A DNA stretch of 64,000 nt from Planctomycetota bacterium (GTDB taxonomy: Bacteria > Planctomycetota > UBA11346), in the NCBI GenBank assembly GCA_038231435.1, contig JBBRLJ010000012.1, forward strand, positions 32,001-96,000. Reading direction: 5' to 3'. Positions 41,664-51,028 of this stretch are shown in pieces. Position 1 is the first letter of the stretch; each line of letters starts with the position of its first letter. The notes under the pieces are model-generated. The model ran no database searches. It was not told where the DNA came from and saw only the letters and a list, made by a program, of their open reading frames with translations. The position numbers and the translations under genes are program-made.

Positions 41664-41673
41664 GAAACCAAGC

Positions 41674-44600
41674 TCAGGCCACCACGACGTAGCTGATCGA
41701 GGACATCTCCAGCCTCGCCCCGGCCAGCGCCGCGCTCAGCGCTCCGGCCTGGCGCTCCTCGTCCAGCGCCTCGGCCTGCGCGCGCAGCGTCTCGGCGTGG
41801 CTCGGGCCCAGGGCCGCTTCCGCCGCCGCCGCCTGGCCTCTCGCCACCGCCACGCTCTCGGCGAATCCCGCCTCGAGACGCGCCAGCTGCGCGTCTCGCA
41901 TCGCCGGCAGGCTGGCTTCCGCATGGCGTATCGCCGCGGCGCCAGCGAGACGCACGCGGTCCTGCCAGCGGGTCACCTGGTCGAGCGGACCCGCGACCAT
42001 CGGCCGGGCCCAGGCGTCGCGGCTCGCGCCCTGGCTGATGGTCGTGTCGCCGTTGCGGACGTCGAAGCCCGGAGCCAGGAGCGCGAGCGCCTCGGGATCG
42101 GTCTCGACGGCGCCGTCGCCGCGCACGCACACGCTGATGCGCGACGGCGGCGCGATCAGGAACAGGCGGCGCAGGCTCTCGAGGCGCAGCTCGGCGGCGA
42201 GCACCGCGCCGAGATCGTAGCCGAGCGCGAACACCACGCGCACGCCTTCCCAGGCGGCGACGCCGCGCGCGGCCTTGCGCCGCCACGCCTGGGCCGCGCA
42301 CCAGCGCGCGCCGGCGGCGTCGTCGAGAGTGCGGTCGACCAGGCCGTTGCCGACCGCGAAGAACGCCAGCTCCGGACGGCTGAGCGCGAGCTGGCGGTCG
42401 AGGGTACCGTGATCCGGCTTGTCGTTGTGGCGTGCGCGCAGGTGGAAGAGCTTGTGTGATTCATCGTCTCGGCGGGCGCTTCCGCCCATGCCGCGCAGCC
42501 AGCGCAGCACGGCCTCGACCGGCGCCTGCGCGGTGTCTATCGCCTGCGCGAGCTTGGCGGCCTCGGCGAAGACGCCGGTCTCCTGCTGGAAGAGCTCCTC
42601 CTCGCGGCGGTCGGCGGTGGCGCGCTCGCGGGCCACGATCCCAGCGAGCTCGGGCTCGATCGCGCGCAGCGCCTCGGCGCCAGCGGCCAGGGTCGCGGCG
42701 AGCGAACGCGCCTCGATCGCATCGGTGACGAATTCGAGCCCAGACGACGGCCCGGTGAACACCCCCACCGCGCGTTCGAGGATATCCGCCCAGGCCGCGT
42801 CCACGCACTCGGGGGAGTCGCCGGCGATCACCCAGCTGGGCACGTCGCCGTCGCGCCCGATGCGGTCGACGCGCCCGATGCGCTGCTCGACCCCGGCGAT
42901 CGACCAGGGCAGATCGTGGTGCGCCACCACCGAGACGAACTGGAAGTTGCGGCCTTCGCCGCCGAGCGGATCGCAGACCATCGCCCAGCAGCGCGCGTCG
43001 TCGCGGAAGCGGCGCGCGGCCTCCTCGCGCGCGACGGTGTCCTGGTGCGCGCCGAAAGTCTCGATCGCGTGCTCGCCGAAGGTCTCGATGAGGGCCTGCT
43101 CGAGCGGCGCGACGGTCAGGCCGTGGTTGGTGAAGATCAGCACCTTCTCTTGCGGATGCTCGATCCAGAATTCCTCGAGCCGCTTGATCAGGGCCTTGTC
43201 GCGCGACGGCACCTTCTTGCCCCACGCCGCGGCGGCGGCGCGCAATGCCTCGAGCGCCGGCGTCTCGTCGGGATTGTCGCAATGGCAGGCGGCGCTGACC
43301 GCGACGTGGGCGGTGATCTCGTTCTCGGACAGGTCGTTGCGCAGCACCTGCGATAACGTCTCGCCCGTGAGCGCGCGGTCGCGGTACTCGGCGAATTCCT
43401 CGGGATCGGCCAAGACCGTGGCGCGCATGGCCAGCAGGCGTTCGAGCACCCGCGGGTGCGCGCCCACCGCCAATTCGACCTGCAGCAGCCAGTGCGCGAG
43501 GCGGGGTGGGATCTCCCGAGGCCCGGTTCCGCCTGCTTGCGCTTCAGCGGCTTCGGTCGACGCAGCGGCTTCGGCAAGCTTGGGTTTGCGCTTCTTCTTG
43601 CCGCCAGCGGCGGGACTACCGCCAGCGGCGGAATTGCCGCCTACAGTGGAATCGCCATCTGCTGCGGCGCTGTCAGTCGGGGCGACGTCCATGGCTGTGA
43701 CAGCCCCCGCGTACGGCGACATCAGCGCCGCGCGGTATGCGGCGAACTGCTCGCGCACCGACGCTTCAGCCTTGTCGAGGGTGTAGCCGACGCGCTCGAC
43801 GGTGCGCACGGCCATGGTCAGGCCGGCGACGCCGGTGGCCTGCGAGAGCCGGGCGAGCACGTGACGGCGGTGGCGGACGATGCGGTGATCGAGCTGGTGG
43901 TGCTCGCGCACATGGGCCATGACCGATGCCCGCGCCGCTTCCAGCGCGGAGTCGTCGCCCGCCGCGGACAGCGCCTCGGCGCGGGCGGCGAGCAGGGGGT
44001 CGGCGCCGAGCAGTGCCTTCCACGCCGGAGCCAGCGCGCGCAGGCCATCAACCGTGGCGTCGCGAGTGCGGCCGAGCAGTTCGACGACGCGGTCGTGGGC
44101 GGCGAGCTTGGCGGCGAAGCCTTCGTGATCGTCGACGCGGTACACCTGCGGCTGCAGAAGCGCCAGCAGCGCGAGGTACGCGTCCGGATGCTGGCGGGCG
44201 GGCGTCGCCGAGAGCAGCAGTACGTGCGGGCTGTGGCGGCTGAGCAGCGAGACGCGCTTGTAGAGCACGCCATGCGGCTGCATGCGGTGGCACTCGTCCA
44301 CCACCAACAGGTCCCATTGCGACTGCGCGACGCGCAGCGCGCCCTTGTTGTCGAGTTCCTCGAGCGCGCGGTTCGAGGCGATGACGAACTGCTCGTCCTT
44401 CCAGGGATTGCCCGGATGGGTCTGCAGGCGTTCGCTGTCGAGCATCAGGAAGGGGCGGCCGCCGAACTTGACGAACAACTCGAGGAACCATTGGCTGACC
44501 AGCGCGCCGGGCACCACCACCAGCACGCGCAGGGTCGGCTGCATCGCCAGCAGCGACTGCATGACCAATCCCGCCTCGATGGTCTTGCCGAGTCCGACCT

Positions 44601-45189
44601 CGTCGGCGAGCAGGAAGCGGATCTGGCGATCGGCGAGCACACGCCGAGCCGTTAGCAGCTGGTGCGGCAGGGGGCGCACGCGCGCGCCGGCGAGCGAGAC
44701 CACGCCGCCGGTTCCCGACCACGCCGAGTCGCGCCAGGCGAGCAGCTCCTCGCGCGCGCTGAAGATCGGCGGGCCCCAGGGCTCGGGCGGCGATCGCGTG
44801 CCATGTGCCGGGCGCAGGTCGTGGAAGGTCGCGGTGGCGAGTTGCTCGAGCGGATCCGAGGGGATCGTCACCGACGCGATGGCGTCCTCGCGAATCCGCG
44901 TCTCGACGCCGTCCTCGTAGCGCACGCCATAGACCAGCAGACCGCTGGTAGCGTCGCGCTGGATCCCCTGCGGCAGGATGTGCGCCGCGCGTGGCGCGGC
45001 GCCGGAGACCGCCACCGTCACGCGGGTGCCGGGCAGCAGCGCGTAGCGCGATACCTGGCGGCTCTCCTGCGTCTTGACCGCGCCGGTGGTGAGGAAGCGG
45101 ATGGTGGAGTTGCCGCCCTGTTCGGCGGTCAAGCGCGCGACACCCTCGGATTGCAGTTCGGGAATCGCGACCAGGGCTCCGACGGGCAT
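41674..45189 (-). CDS. RapA/HepA-like SNF2-family ATPase
   Basis: PLPHQL, RFLLADEVGLGKTIEAG, QW..EL..KF, DECH, LLLSATP, GGEGRNFQF, EQRIGRVDRIG, Tudor-like N-terminus. Confidence 0.88.
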   Translation of the reverse strand: MPVGALVAIPELQSEGVARLTAEQGGNSTIRFLTTGAVKTQESRQVSRYALLPGTRVTVAVSGAAPRAAHILPQGIQRDATSGLLVYGVRYEDGVETRIREDAIASVTIPSDPLEQLATATFHDLRPAHGTRSPPEPWGPPIFSAREELLAWRDSAWSGTGGVVSLAGARVRPLPHQLLTARRVLADRQIRFLLADEVGLGKTIEAGLVMQSLLAMQPTLRVLVVVPGALVSQWFLELFVKFGGRPFLMLDSERLQTHPGNPWKDEQFVIASNRALEELDNKGALRVAQSQWDLLVVDECHRMQPHGVLYKRVSLLSRHSPHVLLLSATPARQHPDAYLALLALLQPQVYRVDDHEGFAAKLAAHDRVVELLGRTRDATVDGLRALAPAWKALLGADPLLAARAEALSAAGDDSALEAARASVMAHVREHHQLDHRIVRHRRHVLARLSQATGVAGLTMAVRTVERVGYTLDKAEASVREQFAAYRAALMSPYAGAVTAMDVAPTDSAAADGDSTVGGNSAAGGSPAAGGKKKRKPKLAEAAASTEAAEAQAGGTGPREIPPRLAHWLLQVELAVGAHPRVLERLLAMRATVLADPEEFAEYRDRALTGETLSQVLRNDLSENEITAHVAVSAACHCDNPDETPALEALRAAAAAWGKKVPSRDKALIKRLEEFWIEHPQEKVLIFTNHGLTVAPLEQALIETFGEHAIETFGAHQDTVAREEAARRFRDDARCWAMVCDPLGGEGRNFQFVSVVAHHDLPWSIAGVEQRIGRVDRIGRDGDVPSWVIAGDSPECVDAAWADILERAVGVFTGPSSGLEFVTDAIEARSLAATLAAGAEALRAIEPELAGIVARERATADRREEELFQQETGVFAEAAKLAQAIDTAQAPVEAVLRWLRGMGGSARRDDESHKLFHLRARHNDKPDHGTLDRQLALSRPELAFFAVGNGLVDRTLDDAAGARWCAAQAWRRKAARGVAAWEGVRVVFALGYDLGAVLAAELRLESLRRLFLIAPPSRISVCVRGDGAVETDPEALALLAPGFDVRNGDTTISQGASRDAWARPMVAGPLDQVTRWQDRVRLAGAAAIRHAEASLPAMRDAQLARLEAGFAESVAVARGQAAAAEAALGPSHAETLRAQAEALDEERQAGALSAALAGARLEMSSISYVVVA

Positions 45190-45204
45190 CGCGGGAGCTT
45201 AGAT

Positions 45205-45276
45205 GGAGAGGTGAGAAGCGGAAAGCGGAAAGCTCAGAGGGAGCGGAGAGCAGAGAGTAGAGAGTAGAGAGCGGAA
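45205..45276 (+). repeat. Purine-rich heptamer tandem repeat (GCGGAAA/GCAGAGA/GTAGAGA)
   Basis: gcggaaa gcggaaa gctcaga ... gcggaga gcagaga gtagaga gtagaga gcggaac; a complementary pyrimidine run follows at about 45320-45343. Confidence 0.75.
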
Positions 45277-45353
45277 CGTCGCATGGCCGTTCGTCGTTCC
45301 CTGTCGACTTGTTGCTGTGCGCTCTCGGCTCTCTGCTCTTTGCCTCATCAACA

Positions 45354-46055
45354 TCAAGGCCGCCATCCCCGCAGCTTGCGCACCGCGTCGCGATGCCCGT
45401 TGGCCTCGGCGAGATCGAGGGCGGTCTTGCCGTCGGCGGAGCGCACCGCGGGATCGGCACGATGGCGCTCGAGCACTTCGAGCATGGGCAGATCACCGCG
45501 TGCGGCGGCGTAGTGGAGCGGCGCGTAACCGCAGACTTCGTTCGGATCCGCGCCCTGCGACAGGAAGAAGGCGACGCCATCGAGTCTGCCGGCGAATGCC
45601 GAGGCGTGCAGCGGGGTGTTGGCGAGGCCGTTGCGCGAGCGCAGGCGGATGTCGGCACCCCCCGCCACCAGGGCCGCGCGCATGTCATCGTCGCCGGCCA
45701 GGTGCAGCGCCGTCCAACCATCGCCCGAGTAGGCGTTCGCGGCGGCTTCGTCGCCGGTGAGCGCCAGCACCCGTTCCAGATCGCCGACCGCGGCCGCCTC
45801 GACCACGTCGAGCTCGACGCCGCTATCGAGCAGCACCCCGAGCACACGGCGGTGGTCGTCGGTGACCTTGGCCGGATCCGCGAAGTGGATCGTGTAGTAC
45901 GCTTTGAGGATCGCCGAGGCGCCAGCGTCGAAGCCGTCCTTCACGCGTGCCCGTGCCAGGGCGGGATCACGCGCGAGCAGCTCCTTCACCGTGGTGAGAT
46001 CCCCTGCCGCGATGGCCGAAATCATGCGCTGCCCGTCATCGTCGTCCTGGCCCAT
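45354..46055 (-). CDS. Ankyrin repeat protein
   Basis: GWTALHLA, NTPLHASA, YAPLHYAA, GKTALDLA. Confidence 0.92.
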   Translation of the reverse strand: MGQDDDDGQRMISAIAAGDLTTVKELLARDPALARARVKDGFDAGASAILKAYYTIHFADPAKVTDDHRRVLGVLLDSGVELDVVEAAAVGDLERVLALTGDEAAANAYSGDGWTALHLAGDDDMRAALVAGGADIRLRSRNGLANTPLHASAFAGRLDGVAFFLSQGADPNEVCGYAPLHYAAARGDLPMLEVLERHRADPAVRSADGKTALDLAEANGHRDAVRKLRGWRP

Positions 46056-46198
46056 CGGTCGCTCCTGGTCATGGCGCGTGCGCGCGCATGCGAGTGGATG
46101 GATACTGGCTGATCGGCACGCGTAAACGGAAAGGCGTGGCGCTGGCCGGAGGGGCGCTTTGCGGTGGCCCGCTCGTCGCCATGCTGCGATCCCCGACC

Positions 46199-47197
46199 AT
46201 GGACGTCACGACCAGCGATGATGGAGACCGGAGGAAGACAGGTTCGCGTAAGCATCGGCGGGCCTACGCGGCCCTGGTGGTCGGCGCGCTCGGCATCGGG
46301 GTGGCGCCGTTGTTCGTGCGCTGGATCCACCAGGACTACCACGTGGGTCCGACGGCGATCGCGTTCTGGCGCATGGTGTTCGCGCTGCCGGTGTTCGCAG
46401 TGGTACTGGGTCTGCGCAGAGGCCGGTCGATCCCCGTCAACGCCGCCGATCTTGACGCCGTGCATGTCCTCGATCATGCCGCCGTGGAAGCGCCCGCTAT
46501 CCAGACCGCCGGCACCGTCGATCCGAGCCGGGCGTGGGTGGCCGCGGCGGGGATCTTTTTCGCCGCGGATCTCGCGATGTGGCACTGGTCTTTGATCGAG
46601 ACCTCGATCGCCAACGCCACGCTGCTCGGCAATCTCGCTCCGGTCTTCGTGGCCGCGGGGGCGGCGGCGCTCTTCGCTCAGCCGTGCAGCCGTTGGTTTG
46701 CCATCGCCCTGGCATTCACCGTGCTGGGCGGGGCGTGCCTGGTCGCGTCCAGCGCCGATCTCGGACGCGAACATCTCCAGGGCGATGGACTGGCGCTCGG
46801 ATCCGCCGTCATGTACGCCGCCTACATCTTGACGGTTTCGCGCCTGCGCCGGCGCTTCGAGGCGATGGCGATCATGACCTGGTCTGGAACCGTCGCGATG
46901 GCGGTGTTCCTGGCGATCGCACTTATCGCTGGCGATTCCTTCCGCCCCACAGCTGGCGGCGGATGGCTGGCGTTGCTGGCGTTCGCGCTGGTGTCGCAGG
47001 TGCTGGGACAGGGCCTGGTCGTCTATGCGCTGGACGTGGTATCCGCGCCATTCACCTCGGTGATGCTGCTGATCCAGCCGGTGCTCGCGACCCTGCTCGC
47101 CTGGCCGCTCTTCGGTGAGCCGATCGGTTCGCTGCAGGCGGTGGGCGCGGTAGTGGTCCTCGCGGCCATCGTGCTGGCGAAGCGATCATCGCCATGA
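46199..47197 (+). CDS. DMT/EamA family transporter
   Basis: About 10 TM segments, AFWRM, TSIANATLLGNLAPVF, GDGLALGSA, LLIQPV, LFGEP. Confidence 0.9.
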   Translation: MDVTTSDDGDRRKTGSRKHRRAYAALVVGALGIGVAPLFVRWIHQDYHVGPTAIAFWRMVFALPVFAVVLGLRRGRSIPVNAADLDAVHVLDHAAVEAPAIQTAGTVDPSRAWVAAAGIFFAADLAMWHWSLIETSIANATLLGNLAPVFVAAGAAALFAQPCSRWFAIALAFTVLGGACLVASSADLGREHLQGDGLALGSAVMYAAYILTVSRLRRRFEAMAIMTWSGTVAMAVFLAIALIAGDSFRPTAGGGWLALLAFALVSQVLGQGLVVYALDVVSAPFTSVMLLIQPVLATLLAWPLFGEPIGSLQAVGAVVVLAAIVLAKRSSP

Positions 47198-48175
47198 TCA
47201 CCGCCTGATCTGCTGCACCTGAGCCGCCGTGAGCGTTGGCTCGGACCTCGGCTTCGACAAGATGATCGCCGCGACCGCGATGACGATGAGCGCGCCGGCG
47301 CCCAGCATCATCGGCGTCACCTGTTCGTCCTTCATCGCCCAACCGAGCAGCACCGCCACCGCGGGATTGACGAACGCGTAGGTCGCGACCTTCGCCGGCG
47401 CCACCCAGCGCAGCAGGAACATGAAGGCGCAGAAGCCGACGATCGCGCCGATCACCACCAGGTAGACCAGCGCAAGCAGCGAGCGCAGGCTGACCTGAGA
47501 CGGCTCGAATCCCGCCGGTTCACCGGTGACGATCGACAGCATCAGCAGTGCGATGCCCCCGCAGATCATCTGCAGGGCCGAGGACATCCACGGCGACTCC
47601 GGCAGCGGCAGCCCCTTCGAGCTCAGCGAGCCGATGGACCAGCAGAGCGCCGAGACCAGCACCACCATCGAGCCGACCACCACGTGCGCGCGCTCGATCA
47701 CCGCCGCGCCCGACGTCGCAGACGCGGCGGGCGCCGACATCAGCAGGAGCGCGACGCCGCCCAGCCCTATCGCCAGGCCCGCAGCCTGCATTGGCCGGGG
47801 AGCCGCCGATTTTCCCATGCTCCAGGGGATCACCGTCATCCACATCGGCGTGGTTGCGACGATCAGCGCTGCCGTGCCGGATGGCACCCAGCGCTCGGCC
47901 CATGACACCAGGCCATTGCCGCCGACGAACAGCAAGGTGCCGACGATGGTGGCCGAGCGCAGCTGCGTGCGATCAGGCGCCGGCTCGCCGCGCAGGCGCA
48001 TGATGGCATAGAGGATGCCACCGGCGACGAGGAAGCGCGCGGTGGCCATCAGGAACGGCGGCATGGTCTCGATGGCGATCGCGATGCCGAGGTACGTGCT
48101 GCCCCACACCACGTAGAGCGCGAGGAAGGCGAAGACGATGGCGGCCGTCGAGGGCCGGCGTGCGGAGGGGGGCAT
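47198..48175 (-). CDS. EamA family transporter (YedA-like)
   Basis: LYVVWGSTYLGI, PPFLM..RF, GGNGLV, TYAFVNPAVAVLLG. Confidence 0.92.
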   Translation of the reverse strand: MPPSARRPSTAAIVFAFLALYVVWGSTYLGIAIAIETMPPFLMATARFLVAGGILYAIMRLRGEPAPDRTQLRSATIVGTLLFVGGNGLVSWAERWVPSGTAALIVATTPMWMTVIPWSMGKSAAPRPMQAAGLAIGLGGVALLLMSAPAASATSGAAVIERAHVVVGSMVVLVSALCWSIGSLSSKGLPLPESPWMSSALQMICGGIALLMLSIVTGEPAGFEPSQVSLRSLLALVYLVVIGAIVGFCAFMFLLRWVAPAKVATYAFVNPAVAVLLGWAMKDEQVTPMMLGAGALIVIAVAAIILSKPRSEPTLTAAQVQQIRR

Positions 48176-48473
48176 GGGATGTTCGTTGATGTCCGTTGGC
48201 GAAAGGGAGATGGTCGCGCGAGCGGCGACCCTCAAGGCGATTCGGGATTAGAGCGTAGCTCGTACCCGAATTCGCGCGCAACGGTCCGGATACCCGAGGT
48301 CGATAATCCCCCGAAGCCCGTGCATCCCGCCGCATCTCATCCATCGCACCATAGCCGCCGCCCACGCGATCCCGAAGGCGCCGATCGGGCGCTCCTGATT
48401 CGTCTCGATGTGGGGAACGAGCGGCATGACTGAAGTCTCACAAAAGTGTCGCGCCAGGCAAGGAGCCGCGGGC

Positions 48474-48574
48474 GTGTAGAGGCCTCCGCCCCTACGGCCT
48501 GCGGCCCGGGGGCGGAGCCCCCGAAACAAATACAGCTAGAGGACTCCACTGCCCGCAGGACGCAGCCCCTGAAA
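48474..48574. repeat. Cluster of short GTAG-tagged / GNA-loop hairpins
   Basis: gtagaggcctccgcccctac, cccgggggcggagcccccgaaac (48504-48526) and degenerate ggacgcagcccctgaaa. Confidence 0.7.
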
Positions 48575-48583
48575 ATTCACGCA

Positions 48584-48735
48584 CTCGGGGGCCCCATCGC
48601 CCGCGATGGGGCGGACGCCGAGGGGCGGTCGGCGGATACAATCGGCGTAGCCGATCCGCCGACGATGTCGTAGCGCAGCGTAGACATCGAGCCCCGACAA
48701 AGGCCGTGGGGGCCCGGGGGCGGAGCCCCCGAAAC
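48584..48735 (+). repeat. Structured intergenic repeat, class A copy 3
   Basis: Matches 41232-41359, then ends in cgggggcggagcccccgaaac, which abuts the stop codon of the PhyH gene. Confidence 0.95.
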
Positions 48736-49532
48736 TAAAAGAGCTTGGGATTGCGCGGCGTCGCGATCGGCTCGCCGATCACCGCCCCCGGCATCCATCC
48801 CAGGTCGGCCTCTTGGTTGACGCTAGCCGGCTTCGCCAGGCGCATGCCGTCCTCGAAGTAGATGACGGTCATGACCGCGCGCGGCCGCTCGGTGCGGTTT
48901 GGCCCAGCGCGGTGGAAGGTCCAGCCGCTATGGAAGCTGACCTCGCCGAGCGCGAACGCCGAGACCTCGACGGGGAGATCCTTGAGCGTCTTGGCGAGCA
49001 CGCGCTCGCTCTCGTCGCCGATCACCAGGTTGCGGCCGAAATCAGCGCGGTGGCTGGTGACCGAGAACTCGAGCGGGCCCATCTCGAGGGGCACGGCCTG
49101 GAAGGGCGCCCACACCGTGCAGCAGTTGTTGTTGCCGAGTGGCCAATACGCCTGGTCGGCATGCCACGGCGTGAAACCGCCACCGGGCTCCTTGTAGAGG
49201 GCTTGATCGTGGTACATGCGTACGCCGGCCACGCCCATCAGTTCGGCGGCGATGCGCGCGAGGCGCTTCGAGAACACGAATTCGCGCGCGGTCTGGTCGC
49301 GCTCCCAGAGGTTCATGACCTGCAGGAATGCCTTGCCGTAGGTGTCGCGCGCTTCGATCGGTCGCTTGTCGCCGAGCTCACGCACCAGAGCGCTGATGCG
49401 CGAACCGTAGTGCTCGAGGAGGTTCGCGCCGAGCACGTCGCGGAGCTTGATGAAGCCCTGCTCGTGGAAACTGGCGATCTGCTCGCGGCTCAGCGGATAG
49501 TGGGTGTCCAGATCGTGCAGCAAGGCGGGCAT
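48735..49532 (-). CDS. PhyH family Fe(II)/2OG dioxygenase
   Basis: FHEQGFIKL, YHDQALYKEPGG.FTPWHADQAYW, WTFHRAG.N....R. AGGAGG RBS. Confidence 0.93.
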   Translation of the reverse strand: MPALLHDLDTHYPLSREQIASFHEQGFIKLRDVLGANLLEHYGSRISALVRELGDKRPIEARDTYGKAFLQVMNLWERDQTAREFVFSKRLARIAAELMGVAGVRMYHDQALYKEPGGGFTPWHADQAYWPLGNNNCCTVWAPFQAVPLEMGPLEFSVTSHRADFGRNLVIGDESERVLAKTLKDLPVEVSAFALGEVSFHSGWTFHRAGPNRTERPRAVMTVIYFEDGMRLAKPASVNQEADLGWMPGAVIGEPIATPRNPKLF

Positions 49533-49639
49533 GGGCGGCTCCTGGAATAGTCTACCCCGGTTGGCCCGTGCTGGCCACTACCCCTCAGTCAACCGCGACA
49601 GGTACGATGTTGCCATGCAGCCGAGCCGCAGTCGCGAAC

Positions 49640-49870
49640 CGGAGCAAGCGTTCCAGGTTCCACGAGCTCATATCGGTCGGCACGGGAGCGAACTTCCCGT
49701 GCAAGGGCGCGGTTGTCCCCACCTTCGAATTCTCCTGGCATGAGCATCCCGGGATCGAATTGACGTTGACCGTAGAGCGGCGCGGCACGCGCCATGACGG
49801 TGACGCGGTCGGGGGAATTCGCCGCGGGCTTCTTCACCTGATCGGCTCGGACTCTGCGCATACCGGCAAG
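49640..49870 (+). pseudogene. Truncated, degenerate AraC-family regulator (cupin sensor domain only)
   Basis: FEFSWHEHPGIELTLTVERRGTRHDGDAVGGIRRGLLHLIGSDSAH resembles the AraC cupin pattern WHxHPExEL...G.R.vGD...GdLvLiG.nlpH with several conserved positions altered. No HTH follows. Confidence 0.6.
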
Positions 49871-49944
49871 CACCGCGCCGGCTCCCGGGCGGACCGCGCA
49901 TTCGATCTTTGCCGAGTATCGGAGGGCTGCGCAAGGATGGTGGG

Positions 49945-50001
49945 GTCAACGGTATTCCACTTGTTGTTCAACCGAGTTGAATATAAATCATACCAGTTGA
50001 C
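49945..50001. promoter_or_regulatory. Nested palindromic operator/promoter directly before the TIM-barrel gene
   Basis: TTCAAC-CGA-GTTGAA (49967-49981) centred within GTCAACGGTAT...ATACCAGTTGAC. Confidence 0.55.
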
Positions 50002-50934
50002 ATGAGCGATCAGACCACCGTCCGAAGCCTCACCAACGTCCTGGGCAAACGCTCGGTGCGTATGGCCATGCTGAACACCATGGCGGACCTCGACGTCAAT
50101 GCCTCGATCGCGCGCCAGGCGTCGTGGGGCATCAGGGACCTCGACCTCAAGGACGGCATCTTCGGCAAGGCGGTGCTCGACCTCGACGACACGGAGGCGG
50201 CCGCCGTCATCGCTTCGGCCAGGGATCACGGCATGACCGTCCATTGCCTGTCTACGTCCCTGTTCTTCGACGATGTCGAGCTTGGCGAGGAACGATTCCG
50301 CATGCACCATCTGGCGCGGATCGATCGTGCTATCGCCATTGCCCGCATCATGCGGCCGCGGTTGGTGCGGCTGCTCGCCGCGCGTTCTTCGCGACCGCGG
50401 CCACTAGGCGAGAACGCGATCGAGCGCCTGGACCGCGACCATCCATGGCTGGTGGGGATGTACGCCGAGGCCATCGATCGACTGCACGCGGCCGGGTTCG
50501 GTTCCACCATCGAGAACGAGGTCCACGGCTGCGTACTATCGACGCCAGACGAAGTGCTGGCGTTGTTCGCCAGGCTCGGTCGTCGCGACCGACTGTGCTT
50601 CACCTGGGACGTGCAGAACCTGTGGGAGCAGGGGACTTTTCCCACCGTGGCAGTGTATGAGCGGCTGCGACCGCTGATCGGGTACTACCATCTCAAGGGC
50701 GGTCGTAGTGAATCCGTCGGAGATGGCGCCGGCGAGCCACTGGTGTGGAATTGCGGGCTCGCTGATGCGTCATGGCCGGTGATCGAGCTCACGCAGCGCG
50801 TGGCGAGAGATGGAGTGAGTCCGGTGATGTGTCTGAATCCGTCGCATGGGAAGCGGATCGATGGCTACGATTACGCCGATGCGGCGTGGCGGGATCTGGT
50901 GTACCTGAGGGGGGCTGTCGCTGAGATCGGGTGA
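50002..50934 (+). CDS. Sugar phosphate isomerase/epimerase family (xylose-isomerase-like TIM barrel)
   Basis: IENE, WDVQN, YYHLKG motifs. Confidence 0.82.
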   Translation: MSDQTTVRSLTNVLGKRSVRMAMLNTMADLDVNASIARQASWGIRDLDLKDGIFGKAVLDLDDTEAAAVIASARDHGMTVHCLSTSLFFDDVELGEERFRMHHLARIDRAIAIARIMRPRLVRLLAARSSRPRPLGENAIERLDRDHPWLVGMYAEAIDRLHAAGFGSTIENEVHGCVLSTPDEVLALFARLGRRDRLCFTWDVQNLWEQGTFPTVAVYERLRPLIGYYHLKGGRSESVGDGAGEPLVWNCGLADASWPVIELTQRVARDGVSPVMCLNPSHGKRIDGYDYADAAWRDLVYLRGAVAEIG

Positions 50935-51003
50935 GAGGAGGAGAAAAGCGGGAGTCGAGAAGCAGAAAGCACAAAGCGGCGAGCGGCGAGCGGCGAGCGA
51001 GCA
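50935..51003 (+). repeat. Degenerate heptamer tandem repeat (AGCGGCG/AGCAGAA)
   Basis: agcagaa agcacaa agcggcg agcggcg agcggcg agc, between convergent genes. Confidence 0.7.
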
Positions 51004-51028
51004 TTTACGGTAGTAGACAGAATCCTCG

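Noticed and set aside
41674..45189. Anti-phage defence system (DISARM DrmD-like SNF2)
   Set aside because: No partner methylase, nuclease or helicase genes nearby; the motifs fit RapA-like proteins.
48248..48529. Small minus-strand ORF upstream of the EamA gene
   Set aside because: No recognisable motif, atypical composition, and the start lies within a hairpin repeat.
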